A stretch of 64,000 bases of DNA from Chlorokybus atmophyticus. Lineage: Eukaryota; Plantae; Mesostigma and Chlorokybus algae. Both the position numbers and the translations under genes were made by a program. Numbering within the stretch: position 1 is the stretch's first letter; each line of letters opens with the position of its first letter. This document shows positions 35,829 to 47,574 of the stretch, piece by piece. The stretch lies in the NCBI GenBank assembly GCA_009103225.1, contig RHPI01000008.1:486015-550014 (forward strand), read 5' to 3'. The notes below the pieces were generated by a model, which was not told where the DNA came from, did not search any database, and saw only the letters and a list, made by a program, of their open reading frames with translations.

Positions 35829-38323
35829 ATGGCGGTGGTGTGGGCGGGGCCGGCGGCGGTAGCGGTGTGCTCCTCTGCTCTTGCCCGGCGACCTTTGAAA
35901 CAGGTCGTAGAGGCTGCTACAGGACAATTCACTTTGCGTCCTCGCCAGCCCACCCTTTTGCAGCCCACCCTGTTGCCAGCAGCACGGCACCAGCTCAAGG
36001 CAAGCCACTGCGCAATTGCCGTGCCTTCTGCTTGGTTCTTGTGTTCGCCTTACGTTGCTGCGGCAATTCTGTGATGCTTGTTGCTGTTAGTGGCGTGGTT
36101 GATGGTGCATCTCTTAAAGCTGCACTTGCAAATGACAAAGGCTTGCTGACTGTAGCTGCTATTTGTGCTTGAGCTTTCGTTTTCTGGTAGCATTGTCAGA
36201 GCACCTCCTGCCTCAGGCTTGCTGTATGTGCACGAAAAATCTTTTGAACTTGCATTCAGCCATGGTCACCAACCAAGTGATATGCAATCATGGCAGGCTG
36301 CGTCACATCGCGGCGGAGCCATTGTCCGCTGCGAGCACCAGATTGATCGCAACCAATTCATCAGGGCTCAAGAGGTAGGACAGTTGAAGGCAGTTCAGCA
36401 GTTTGCTGCTTTCTGCAGCAATTGACAGCCTCGCTTGTCTCGCATGGCCTGATACTGGCTTGGCGCTCTCTTTTGTTCCATGCAGTTGCGCGTGCTGCTC
36501 GCCTCTCTGCTTCTGAGTGGAGCAGCTGTCGCAGCACCTGTAGTTGCGCAAGGGTTCATCGGTGTGGGACCCATCCCAGACTGGAGCTTAGTGTCTCTGG
36601 CACAACGCATCGACCAAACCAGCCATATACTCATCCCCATTGCAAAATACATATTTGTGTCGAGCCCCGTGCTCGTCTACTTTGGTTTCCTCCTGTACCG
36701 GTGAGTTGGGCTATGGTGGTTGCTCGTAATGGCAATCACACTGAAGAAAAATCAGCTGACTGTATGATGTGGATGCCTGGAGAGCGCTTGCAAGCTGGGT
36801 TGCTGATTGCGTGTCGGGCTCTGCAGGCAGCATATCAACCAAAAGGCTGATTTTCGAGAGCTTGTGGCGTTGCTGTCTGCACTTGTTTGCACAGCAGCAC
36901 TGTGCAAAGATCTTGGCTTGTTACATTTTCATTAGGAGTTCAAGCAGAGCAGTAGTAGGTAGTCAGTCAGCACTAGCATGCACAGCATATTGTACACATG
37001 TCACTCATTGGTCCGCACAACAGCATCTCTACATAGATGTAAGCTTGTACATAGGCCAGTAAGAATTCCGAAGCAGCGCCAATTTGGCACCTCTATTAGC
37101 TGCAGTATGCAGTGTCCTTCCGGAGCAGAGTGTGGCAATGGTTATTGTGAGTACTCGCACAAGACCGCTGCTGAACAAGCTCTAGCCCTGCAAGGTCGCC
37201 AAGGTGATTGTGCCTGTCAGTTCAATGCGTGTATTCTACCACTGGTTGTATATTGTCCTTCCTGAAAATGGAAGACGCAGCGAGCATCTCATGGTGGCCT
37301 TTGTTTGTTTTTAGGGCCAAACAAGCTGGTAATCTGTGCTGGCCCCGAACGGTCAGGTTCAACTTGGTTGTTCAATGCCGTGCGTCTGATGTTGCTTCAA
37401 GCTGGGGAGCCAATGGACAGCTACTGGATCAACTCGATCACCAAGGAGAAGCTGGCAAAGCGAGGTGTTGGTCGAGAGAACGCCAACCATGTCCTGGTGA
37501 AGGTACTTCCGCAATGCCATTTGGATGGCAATTTGTGGTGTAGGCCTGCTATCAACTGATGACTGTAGCATAGAGTCTGCTACTTACTCGGACTGTACCA
37601 GACGCACGAATGGTCAAGTGAGTGGGATTCTTCTCAAGCAAACTGTACCTTTTTAACACATCGGGATGTCTGCGGGGTGATCTCATCTTATGTGCGCGTG
37701 GGCTGGTGGCCCCATTCCATGCCAGTCATCCTCAAGGTATAAGTTTGATTTCATCACTATTGCAAGCTTTACACTGCTAGTAGACTGTTTCTTGAGGTAG
37801 AACTTTGACTTCATTAATATTGCTATGGAAACTTGATGTCGTTGATAGACCCCTTTTTTCTGGGTGAACATGATCTTTTTTGGCAGAGGCTTGATGGTTA
37901 CGTTGACGATCACATGCGCTGGCATGATGTCGCAACCCATGAGGTGCCATTTGCGGCGATTGTTGATCCGGAACAGGCAGTTGAGCAGTTGAGTATCATC
38001 GCCTCACACTTGAAGTTGCAAGATGTAGACGTCAAGCAGGTTGCAGCGGACGTGAAGGCGCTCCCAATCCCAACAGGTCAGTTCCAGACATGCATCGAGT
38101 GTCATGCTGCCAATCAGTGCGCATAGCGATTCAAGTAGCTCAGCATGCTATTGCTTACTCTACTGCTTTATCTGCAGGCTCTGGTCCAGATGCGATCACC
38201 AAGTTATGGCCTGCACACATGAGCAAAAAGGACACAAAGTCCCGCCTGACCGAAGCAGAGTGCAGCCAGATTCGGCAGCATTGCAGGACCTTCCAAGCAC
38301 TGTATGGCTATCCCACTGCATGA
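35829..38323 (+). CDS. Sulfotransferase-fold protein with N-terminal CCCH finger (copy 1; core 37107-38323, possible upstream targeting/TM exons)
   Basis: CPSGAECGNGYCEYSH; LVICAGPERSGSTWLFN (5'-PSB-like loop); THRDVCGVISSY (3'-PB-like); TGA at 38321-38323. Exon 36488-36700 is in phase with the core. Confidence 0.7.
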
Positions 38324-39593
38324 CAGAAACAAACGAACAGGTTGTACTTGATGCTTGAAATCATTGACTGTGACTATGAGCACATTGCATGAGTGCAACA
38401 ACTGGTTATGCACAAGCTTGAGTTGCATATATCATCGTATTACCACCTCTTCTGATACATCGGTCAAGATGGGATTGCTCCCTGACCAGATGCCACAATG
38501 CACCCTATTGCGTGTCCAGAGTATCAGATGATGTGCAGTGCACAAGACACTAGAGTACAGGCAGGTCCCTTGAACACAATATCTGCCAACAGTTGTAGTG
38601 GCCGGAAACTTGCACATGTAAAGCATATTTCAGTATTGATTTCTCAACGTTAATCAACTGGGGTTTGATATGTAGTGTACAGAATATGCAAGTGACGTAT
38701 GCAATGTGATACATAAGCAAAACTGAGTGTCGTTAAACAGCAGTTCGGCGGCTTGCACAATATTCAGATCGTATGTGCAATTGTGAGAGCTCCTAGACAA
38801 CACATATGGGGTATTGATGAGGAAAAAAAAGGCAATGCCTTGAATAAGCACTACTCATACATGACCTGAGCATGATGAGCACATAGACAGATGTGCGCAT
38901 GATATACGGATTTCGCCGTCAATTTCAACAACATATAATATGTGCTGTTGAATTTGTATTGATCATGATAACACATAACATCATAAGAAAACATATGTAA
39001 AGTAGCGGGGCTGTTGTTGTGGACACGTGTTTGCATTGCACTGACATAGCTTCATTTCACTCCACACGCTACAAGTACAACAGCTTATCATGTGACATGC
39101 GATGAAATGTTGTATGCAACACGTATATCAACGTGTGTAAGACACAACGACCGAAGAGCCGTGAGCTAGGGCAAGATAGATGGGATTACACACAGCAGGG
39201 CAAAGGCAGCAAACCACACAGCAGCAACAACACGGAATGGGCCCTCTATGCTATCTATGTGCGCTATGTCTCTCGTAAGCACGACGTAGTCACATTTGCA
39301 GCATAATTGTATCTCTTTGTGTTACGCACAAAATATGAAAATTGAGTTAACCGTGGAAAGAGTTACGCAAGAAAAGCATTGGCTTCATCAACACTTATAT
39401 CCATTGTGAATACTATGCATGCCAAGTTGTAAGACATTTGCAATTCAATTGCATGAAGACATTTATCATGTTTTTTACATCAATCTTGTTGACTTATCAT
39501 ACCGTATTGATCGAAACATTGTATTCAATAAGCAACAGTTCATTGTTTGACCCATTTAGAACTATTTCTTGTACGGGGGAAAGGGGGGGAAAG

Positions 39594-39865
39594 NNNNNNN
39601 NNNNNNNNNNNNNNNNNNNNNNNNNNNNNNNNNNNNNNNNNNNNNNNNNNNNNNNNNNNNNNNNNNNNNNNNNNNNNNNNNNNNNNNNNNNNNNNNNNNN
39701 NNNNNNNNNNNNNNNNNNNNNNNNNNNNNNNNNNNNNNNNNNNNNNNNNNNNNNNNNNNNNNNNNNNNNNNNNNNNNNNNNNNNNNNNNNNNNNNNNNNN
39801 NNNNNNNNNNNNNNNNNNNNNNNNNNNNNNNNNNNNNNNNNNNNNNNNNNNNNNNNNNNNNNNNN
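39594..39865. other. Assembly gap (N run) followed by (GA)n microsatellite at 39866-39898
   Basis: 272 N; a G-rich purine tract precedes it and a GA repeat follows it. Confidence 0.98.
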
Positions 39866-39900
<35 letters not shown>

Positions 39901-40080
39901 GTCATAGCTTGAACTACCGGTAGCCCATAATGCAAGCATGTGTTAATTTGCCGATAGTGCCGCGTGTGCTCACGCGTGGTCATGCGCGGAACTTTGAGTG
40001 ACCGTGCCGTAACAGCCAGCGGGTAGTGCACCAGAGACAACACCGCGGCGGAGGCAGAGGCTGCAAGGAGGAGGGCGGCA

Positions 40081-41642
40081 ATGGAGTGTCCCGCGGGCAG
40101 CGACTGCACCGATAACGTCTGCGAGCTGCTGCACAAGTCGGACGCTGAGCGTTCGGCTGACTTCAAGCCTCTAAATGGCAAGTGTAATCCTTTCAGAAGT
40201 CCTTTGCTGTAGCTTAATGCTGACTGCCGCTGAGGCTGATGTGTGCCGCGCAGCATGCGCCTTAACTGCAATGCGGCTTTGAGCAGCTGTTGACATGCTT
40301 GAGGCATGCTACCTACAGCGTTCTTACGACAGTTTCCTGTGTGTGGGCGCACAGGGCCAGGCATGCTGATTGTCTGCGCTGGGCCAGAAAGATCAGGTGC
40401 GTGTTGCTGTTGTTGTCGTGGTTGTTGTGGTTGTGGTTGCTCGGCTGGTGCTACCCTTAAGGCATTGGCCGAGTGCGTCATTTTTCGTTTGCTGTCACGC
40501 TTGAGTGCCTTTCTGAGTACGCTCGCCATTGCAATGTGGTTGATGGTTGTTTGCATTGCGATGAGGCAGGCTCGACGTGGCTGTTCAACGCGGTGCGCCT
40601 CATGCTTTTTGCCGCAAGCCAGCCGACAGACAGCTACTGGCTCAACGCCGTCAAGAAGGACAAGCTTGCTGAGCGCGGTTTCGGCAAAGCCGGTTCCAGT
40701 CATCTACTCATAAAGGTTAGTCTTGCTACTCACTGACACTGAATCACCCTCATGTGACACTACACTGCCTGATTAGGGCACATATGACTGTGCAGATGAC
40801 CAGAGAGAGTGTGGGAAGAGAGAGAGGGAGAGCGTGCTTGGGAGAATATGAAAACATCAAGCTGTGCATGAGTGCATTGCATGGGCGTATGCTGAGCGCA
40901 TGAGTGTGTTCTGCTGTGCTGCTGACCAGACACATGAGTGGTCGGAGGACTGGGACCCACAAGCCGCCCAAGCCGTTATCCTTACTCACCGTGAGCTAAC
41001 CGGCGTGGCTTCTTCTTATGTGCGCATGGGTTGGTGGCCCAACTCTCTCCCTACCATCCTCGAGGTATGGACATGCATCATTATCATCATCTTCAATGTT
41101 GTCATTGTCATTGCACAGCGACATTTTCACCAAGTGTGTAAGAATCCATATGAACACTGTCATGTGCGTGTGCAGAAGCTGCAGCACTATGTTGAGGGCC
41201 ACAAGCACTGGCACGCCGTGGCCTCGCATGAGGTGCCTTTCACTAGTCTGTCGGACAAAGCAAAAACCCGTGAGCAGTTGGAGGAGATTGCTTCGCTGCT
41301 TAACATCACCGGCGTAGACTTTGACAAGTTGGCGGATGACCTCAACAACCTGCCCTCACCCAAGGGTGAGATGTACATTACAAACACAATACAAGCACCA
41401 GCGCTGTTAATGTTGTGTACATACCGTTGACAGTGGACTCATGCTGTGGTGTATTGTCATTGTCTTGTTGCTCTGGGTTTGGCGTAGGTTCTGCACCGGA
41501 TCCCATCACGAAGATGTGGCCCGGTCACGCCGGTGGCAAGGGAGGAGGCGGTGGCGGAGGCAAGTTGTCCGATGAGGACTGCGCAGCCATCCGGCGGGAA
41601 TGCAAGGAGTTTCAAGCCGAGTATGGTTACCCCACAGAGTAA
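40081..41642 (+). CDS. Sulfotransferase-fold protein with N-terminal CCCH finger (copy 2, tandem paralog)
   Basis: MECPAGSDCTDNVCELLH; LIVCAGPERS|GSTWLFNAVRLML; THEWS; SSYVRMGWWP; PDPITKMWPGH; YGYPTE*. Colinear with copy 1. Confidence 0.8.
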
Positions 41643-42399
41643 GTATAGTGGCTAGAGATATAACACGGAGAGGTATAACATGGAAAAGGCGTCTAACGCT
41701 CTCGTAACACTCCTTTGTGAGTGCATAATGACCACTAACTTGTAACTTGTCTTTCTGCATGGGGTTGGACTTTGCACGCCATGCTATGTACATGCTGTGT
41801 CGGTGTGGACACCGGATCACAGTTAAGTATTCACGCTACAGCTCAGCCTAAATCAGTGCTGTGATTTCCAAGTCGCAAGCAGCATGCACAGTTGTGCCCC
41901 ATGCCAAGTTGTGGTGATGCTAGTAACTCTACTCATTAGCAACAATCAAGCTTGTTGAAGTCATCTAAACAACTTGGCTCGGAATGCTTTAGCACCACAA
42001 TGACTGCTGATGCGCACAGCGCATGTCACTCAACAACTGTACAGCTCAAAGTACATAGTGATGGTCTGATCGAATAATCTTGACTGGGAGAGAACGTGAG
42101 TGCTGGCGCTCAGCCTCGCCGGCGACCGCATCTGCTCCACGACATGCAATGTGCAACGATGCCCCAGCACAGAGCAGGTGTGTAAACCGCAGTGCCGCTT
42201 GCGCTAGCAACGGCAAGCTTTGCTACACGCGCATGTATGTCACCAGGAGCAAAGTTGTCAACTGTTAGGCCTCCAGCATGCTCATGGGTGCAGCCGCTAG
42301 CCTCCTGCTGCGCATTGTGTCGAAGGCATTGCATGTGAGTATCACTGGAGAGCTGCTTTGGGTGGTGCTCGCCCTTGTCAACACCACTTGCACTGCAGG

Positions 42400-43314
42400 G
42401 ACTAAGTTTGTTGCCTCACTCCTCACCAGAACATGCGCGCCTTGTTAGAGACCCACCCAAACGCAAAGATGCTGTGGAGTGACTGTCCACCGCACCTGTG
42501 CATGTCAACCGGTGAGTTCGTCATGCAATTCAGGACATGAGCAAACTGGTGGCACATGCAGGTGACATCCAAAACAAGCATGCATGTACAGGCAAAGCTG
42601 AATATGTATGCAAAAGGTTTACCACACAATGCGGTCATGAATACTGTCGGCAGCATGCTCCCCTGACATGGTCCGAACAACAACGCATGCCTATGGCACT
42701 CACGCTGGCCTTGTGCGCATCAACAAGGCGTACCATCACATGTAGGACTGCAGCATATGTTGTTAGCGCCACCTGTCTTGGCGCTTGGGCATGACCTTGC
42801 AGGCAAGCTCCAGGGCGCAGTCACTTCTGTGCGAAGTTGTACTGCGAGGTTTCAAGCACACAGCGCTAGCCACAGCCCCAGCAGCACCGCCGTGAGCAGG
42901 GCTTCTGCTGTCTGCAGTGTGGTTCTGGGCCTCCTCAGCAACCGGCTCAGCGCTGCGGACATCACCATCATCTCGGCCGCCGTCGCCACCACCCTGACCG
43001 CCTGCATGCTTCTGGCCATGCCGGAGGAATGCCTCCTCCGCCAAGCAACGTGCAGGTGATATGTGCAGCCCAAGAGTGATGGGACAACACGTGAACAAAG
43101 GCATCACATCAGCGGCTATGGATGGAGCTGTATCCGAGAATGTCACATGATGTGACACTCCCATCACGTAACCGGGCGCCGACAGAACCGTGACAACGTT
43201 CGCACTTGTGGTTGCGGTGGTTCCAGTGATGCCTGCACAGTTTGGGCCTCTGGATAAAACCTCTGGAGGTTGGCCTGCCATGGATGGTAATCCCCACTCA
43301 ATAAGACCAACCAA
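42400..43314 (-). other. Possible coding fragment, unresolved
   Basis: GC-rich open segment at 42763-43100 with splice-like borders. Frame and family are unclear, and an assembly gap lies nearby. Confidence 0.2.
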
Positions 43315-43698
43315 ATCCGTGACAACTAGGATAGCCGCTGTGGATTGCAGTTATTGTTGGCAGCGTTGCGTAGGTTATCAAGGTGCTGCTTACGCATACA
43401 CGACGGCTGCCACACAGGTAGTGCGTCGTTTGCTGCTATTTTGTCGTCAATGTCGTCGTCAGTTGACGCCGCCCCTGCTGCCGCTGCTTGCACTTAATTT
43501 GCATTAGGCCCTTAGCCAGCCCTCTGGTGTATATAGTTATGTATTTATTGCTATTGCTTGTTTGCTGGCTTGGTTTGGGTGTGCAACTGCATCAGCATTG
43601 TTGCAAATGTGTGGCACAGCCTAGTAGGCCAATACAATCAGGCACCGCAGTGAGCATATCGAGAGTTAAAGCAGCTAGCTACCGCCATCCCCTCCCCC

Positions 43699-44196
43699 NN
43701 NNNNNNNNNNNNNNNNNNNNNNNNNNNNNNNNNNNNNNNNNNNNNNNNNNNNNNNNNNNNNNNNNNNNNNNNNNNNNNNNNNNNNNNNNNNNNNNNNNNN
43801 NNNNNNNNNNNNNNNNNNNNNNNNNNNNNNNNNNNNNNNNNNNNNNNNNNNNNNNNNNNNNNNNNNNNNNNNNNNNNNNNNNNNNNNNNNNNNNNNNNNN
43901 NNNNNNNNNNNNNNNNNNNNNNNNNNNNNNNNNNNNNNNNNNNNNNNNNNNNNNNNNNNNNNNNNNNNNNNNNNNNNNNNNNNNNNNNNNNNNNNNNNNN
44001 NNNNNNNNNNNNNNNNNNNNNNNNNNNNNNNNNNNNNNNNNNNNNNNNNNNNNNNNNNNNNNNNNNNNNNNNNNNNNNNNNNNNNNNNNNNNNNNNNNNN
44101 NNNNNNNNNNNNNNNNNNNNNNNNNNNNNNNNNNNNNNNNNNNNNNNNNNNNNNNNNNNNNNNNNNNNNNNNNNNNNNNNNNNNNNNNNNNNNNNN
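43699..44196. other. Assembly gap (N run)
   Basis: 498 N. Confidence 0.98.
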
Positions 44197-44939
44197 CATG
44201 CGGCACACGCCCACCTCCATGCCCTCGCGGCGGGGCAAGCGGGAACAAGATAACATGTCTCTAGTTCCCTGCTCCTATATGCAAGTTGCCTGATGACACA
44301 ATCAGCTTACCTCATCAGCTTCCCACAGCAGGTAGCATGCACATGTATTTAGCAAAGTACATATGCCATACCTCGTATGGTGATCATTGGAATTGCTGCG
44401 CATGCACTATCCCACCGCGCTTAACCGTTTCATCATCGCTGATCACCTTACTTGAAGCGAGCACAGGCTGCCGCAAAGCTGGCACTTATGGGCTGCATGT
44501 CATTCTTAACTTTGACTAGCACGGCTGCATTGACCTTAGCTTGGCTGACCCGCAAACCTTCCACCTCTAATGAATGATTGTGTGGTGTCGAAGTGATAGG
44601 TGGGTGTGCGTGCCTCTGCGACCCTTGACTGCTGTGCCTACTGTATCACATTCGCACTAGCTGGCCTTAAACCAACTTGCTCCATGTCTTTGACTGCCAA
44701 CGCCTCTGCATATGCTGTCACGGGCCAGAGGTGCATAGTAGGCAGCCTGGTCGCAACGCACAACTCAGCATGCGCACACTTCCCATTGCCCTGAAGCTAA
44801 AAGTGGCAGCTAGAGTTCCAATGCACCGAGCTTTTCATTCCAGTGCTTCAACAACGTACTGTAGGGTTTATACATACGTTTCAGGTACCATCAAGGCTTA
44901 TGGGATGTCCAAAACAGGCTACAAAGACTTTAGCAGGTA

Positions 44940-47333
44940 TCACAAGGCCCAGTGCTGTCGTTCCATCCACGGCTGCGGATCTACACATTCTCCATTGACA
45001 AATAGGCCCCTGAAAATGAAGCCAACGATAAACACCGAGCAACTGCATCACAACTGCTCGATGCCACCAAATCTCGCACCCACAGCAGAGCTGACTATGG
45101 TGCTTACCAGTGCAAATGCGGGCCGGTCGCAACGCCTGTCTCCCCAACAGTTCCCAGTCTATCACCTGGTTTAACGAAATCCCCTTCCCTGTGGTCGTGA
45201 GAACAAGGCTCAAGTCAACGTCGACAGCTCCCTCGTGGAACAGTCTCAAGGGCATGAGACAAACAAGTACCTGACCGAGATCTCATCAAGGTGCATCATA
45301 ATGGATGTGACACCGTGACCATGGTCGACGCCGACGCAGTTACCGTGCACTTCAAACCCCTCAGACTCCTTTCCAACCAACACAACCTGCCCTGCTTGCG
45401 GTGCAACAACAGGATCTCCCTGGTCAGATCCATAATCCACTCCGCGATGATAGTAACTGTTCACAAATAGCAATAAACATCACAGCGGGCTATAGGCATG
45501 CCGCACGCAATGATGATACAGGACTGCATTCAACATGCTGCCATCATCTGTGCTTACTTCTCAGCAAAGACGCCATTGTAGAAGCGCTGTAGACCGTACT
45601 GCGTGGTAATGACTCCGTTATTTGGCTGGATGAAAGACCCTATCCAGTGCTGCTTAGGCGTGCGCGTTGCTCGCAGGGCCAGCACACGCTCCCATTCATG
45701 AGAAGTCCCTGCCCGCCCTGACTTGTTTTCAGTGAGCCATATGTGCTGAAGTGGAAAGGTTCTGGGCAGAACCTCTACTTGTGTCGTGAGTGGCCGATGC
45801 CTACCGTCTTCAACCCTGACCTGCAAGCGCATCCTGGTGATCCAAAAATATGGTCGACATTGCCATCACAACAACACACATACACGCACACTGCCACGTC
45901 TGTACTATTTTCATGTTGCCTGTGACTTGAGGTCACATATGCAACATGAAAACAGTACAGGTGTATGAACTACGTTCACGACGTACACGACACAACTACT
46001 ACTTGCCGTCAGGTAGCGGATGCCGGGCACGTCTAGCGGGCTGGTGGGCAGAAGTGCGCGCCAAGTATTGGCTTGTGCCGTCTTGTAGATGGGAACTTCC
46101 GTCGCGCCGAATGTTAAGCGCACCTCCATTTTTGCTTTCAGCAGGTCACTGGCACCTCATCACACATGCTTACTGTCCGCCAGATAGACACGAGCATTGG
46201 GCCTGCAAGCTCTGTAACTTGCACGCACCTACCGCAACCACTGATGGAGAGAGTCCATTACGCCCCGGGGTGGCTGAGGCCACACCAGCACAGCAAGCGT
46301 GTCACCTTGGCGCGGCCGTGCTGATGACAGCTTTACTTCTGGCTGGACTTGTGACAGACCCAAAGCGCCCACCAGCCATTGCATCGGGCTGTCTTTGGCC
46401 TGCATGCACCAATGCAAGTCTTAGCTAGCTTGACCTTGAGCTTGCTTGTTTGCAGTTCATTGTTGTATGTGCCTGGTGACACTCAGTTGACGCGCTCCAC
46501 AAGAGGTGATTGCCAAGAAACCTTACAGTGTGTGTGTGTGTCTGCAGAACATGCAACGCTTGCCTGGCCAGTATTCAATGCAGTCGATATAGTTGCAAAG
46601 TCCAGACCAAACCGTGCCCTTCTCTGCAACCCCTGCCATATGCGCGCATCACAAGTTAATGCTGGAAGCCAAAAGCTGAATGAGCTGCATTGAGTTGGAT
46701 GCTTGCCCCACGTACTAACACTGCACACTTGTTGGCCGTAAACAATGCATGTATGCACTTTAAAACAGGTGCATATATACTGCCTGCTCTATCTCCACCA
46801 TCACAAAGCATGCAACCATGCATCAAGGATGAAGGACATAAGGGTTTGTGTCAGGATAGCGGAGGTTGAAGCTATCATAAGCCAGCCTCTCACTCAACAC
46901 GTGCCTAAGACTGGTGGTTCTCCCAAGGTTCGCTGAGACAGGACAGGGGACTTCGGTTGTTTCCAAGGGTGGCCTCAGGAAACAGAAAACCCCTGAGATC
47001 ACCTCTGAGAAGCCGCTCATTCGTTATGGTTGAGAAAGCAGGTCACACTCACATGCATGCCCAAAGTATGTTTGCAAAGACATGGACTCTCCTACAGCGA
47101 GCTACCTTCGTTTGGTTACTGTGACGGATGTTCAGCACATGTCTACGGTCTAGAATGACCGTCGACGGTGCCGCCGCCACCGCCGCCAGAAGTTGGGCAG
47201 TGTGCCGCAACTTGTCCGCATTGCCCCAATGCAGCTGACGCTGCTCCTGACGCTCCCGCACGGACACCGTAGGCACCGTTGCGGTCATCGCCACCGCCGC
47301 CGATGACGACCGCAACTCTCCGCGCCTTCCCAT
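44940..47333 (-). CDS. M23-family zinc metallopeptidase of cyanobacterial type (5' exons uncertain)
   Basis: ITTQYGLQRFYNGVFA, YYHRGVDY (HxxxD), HGNCVGVDHGHGVTSIMMHL, EGDFVKPGDRLGTVGETGVATGPHLHW (HxH), GLFVNGECVDP; TGA at 44940-44942. Confidence 0.85.
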
Positions 47334-47489
47334 GCCAACCAGCCCTATCCAGCAATTGCCTAAGCCAGCCTCATCACACTGCCGCTCTCACCGCCACCGC
47401 CACCGCCACTGACCACAATGATGACGACAGCGACAGCAGGGACCCTGAATTTGGGTTCTCTTGCCCCAACTTAGGCTCTCTGCCTTGAT

Positions 47490-47548
47490 GGGGACCTACC
47501 ATTGGGACCTGGACCTAGACCTCAAACCCTAGCCCTAAAAAACCCTGC
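47490..47548 (+). promoter_or_regulatory. Telo-box-like motifs (aaaccctag/ccctaaaaaaccct) plus repeated ggacct units upstream of SF3A3
   Basis: AAACCCTA lies about 50 bp before the ATG of a splicing-factor gene, a known plant promoter element. A similar aaaccctaa is at about 2553 near NDUFA5. Confidence 0.45.
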
Positions 47549-47574
47549 GGGTTGGTTGGGCGGCGGCGGTGGCC

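Noticed and set aside
39438-40703. Long ORFs running through the N gap, including the 387-aa minus-strand ORF
   Set aside because: Artefacts of untranslated Ns and the GA repeat; the remainder is antisense to sulfotransferase-like copy 2.
43488-44264. ORFs spanning the second N gap
   Set aside because: Composed almost entirely of X residues.
47521-47548. Interstitial telomere
   Set aside because: Only isolated AAACCCTA-like units in a promoter position, not a tandem array.
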